A stretch of 63,659 nt of DNA, the filler included, from Octopus bimaculoides (lineage: Eukaryota): assembly GCF_001194135.2 (NCBI RefSeq). It is 3 parts of 3 records of this genome, joined end to end, with 100 filler letters (N's around TTAATTAATTAA, not from the genome) between each part and the next. Parts side by side here need not be neighbours in the genome. Positions count along the whole stretch, not along the records: positions 57,556 to 63,659 come from NC_068990.1; 2 more parts are not named here. One strand, 5' to 3'. The notes below the pieces were generated by a model, which made no database searches, was not told the origin of the DNA, and saw only the letters and a list, made by a program, of their open reading frames with translations. Positions 63,488 through 63,659 of the stretch are shown piece after piece. Both the position numbers and the translations under genes were made by a program. Numbering within the stretch: position 1 is the first letter of the stretch; each line of letters opens with the position of its first letter.

Positions 63488-63659
63488 TTGTCTCTCCACT
63501 TCCATTTATTTTGAATATATGATCTGGCGTTGTTTTGGCGTTGTTTCGAAACTGTTTGGTATGAGCATGTGAGTGTGTGCAAGCTCGTATGTGTGCACGC
63601 TCATATGTGTGCACGCACTTATGTGTTCGTGCTTATATGTAAGTATGTGCGTCCATATG

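Overview
AT-rich, microsatellite- and SINE-dense eukaryotic DNA with several assembly gaps, most likely an octopus or other coleoid cephalopod (inferred from the clustered [11 protein letters not shown]...HTGEKP zinc-finger genes and the repeat types). 0-21 kb: four C2H2 zinc-finger paralogues (+,-,-,+; 7, 9, 16 and 15 intact fingers). Each has a predicted non-coding exon 1, a conserved acceptor and a uORF-bearing leader, and their upstream blocks are mosaic. 22.8-31.5 kb: a six-exon minus-strand inhibitor-of-apoptosis gene (degenerate BIR, BIR, BIR, UBA-like, RING) assembled by hand from phase-compatible splice sites; the ORF track shows only parts of it. 44.1-44.9 kb: an unrecognised single-TM ORF whose predicted acceptor and start codon are duplicated 1.6 kb upstream. 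The rest is transposon-derived: tRNA-head SINEs, Gypsy, CR1-type and mariner relics, a MITE with an 8-bp TSD and a telomere-repeat palindrome core, and a chain of R4/Dong-type LINEs in microsatellites. Five minimal hammerhead-ribozyme-like cores are scattered through the window; the best is at 63447-63487. Everything was read by eye: family names are inferences and repeat boundaries are approximate.
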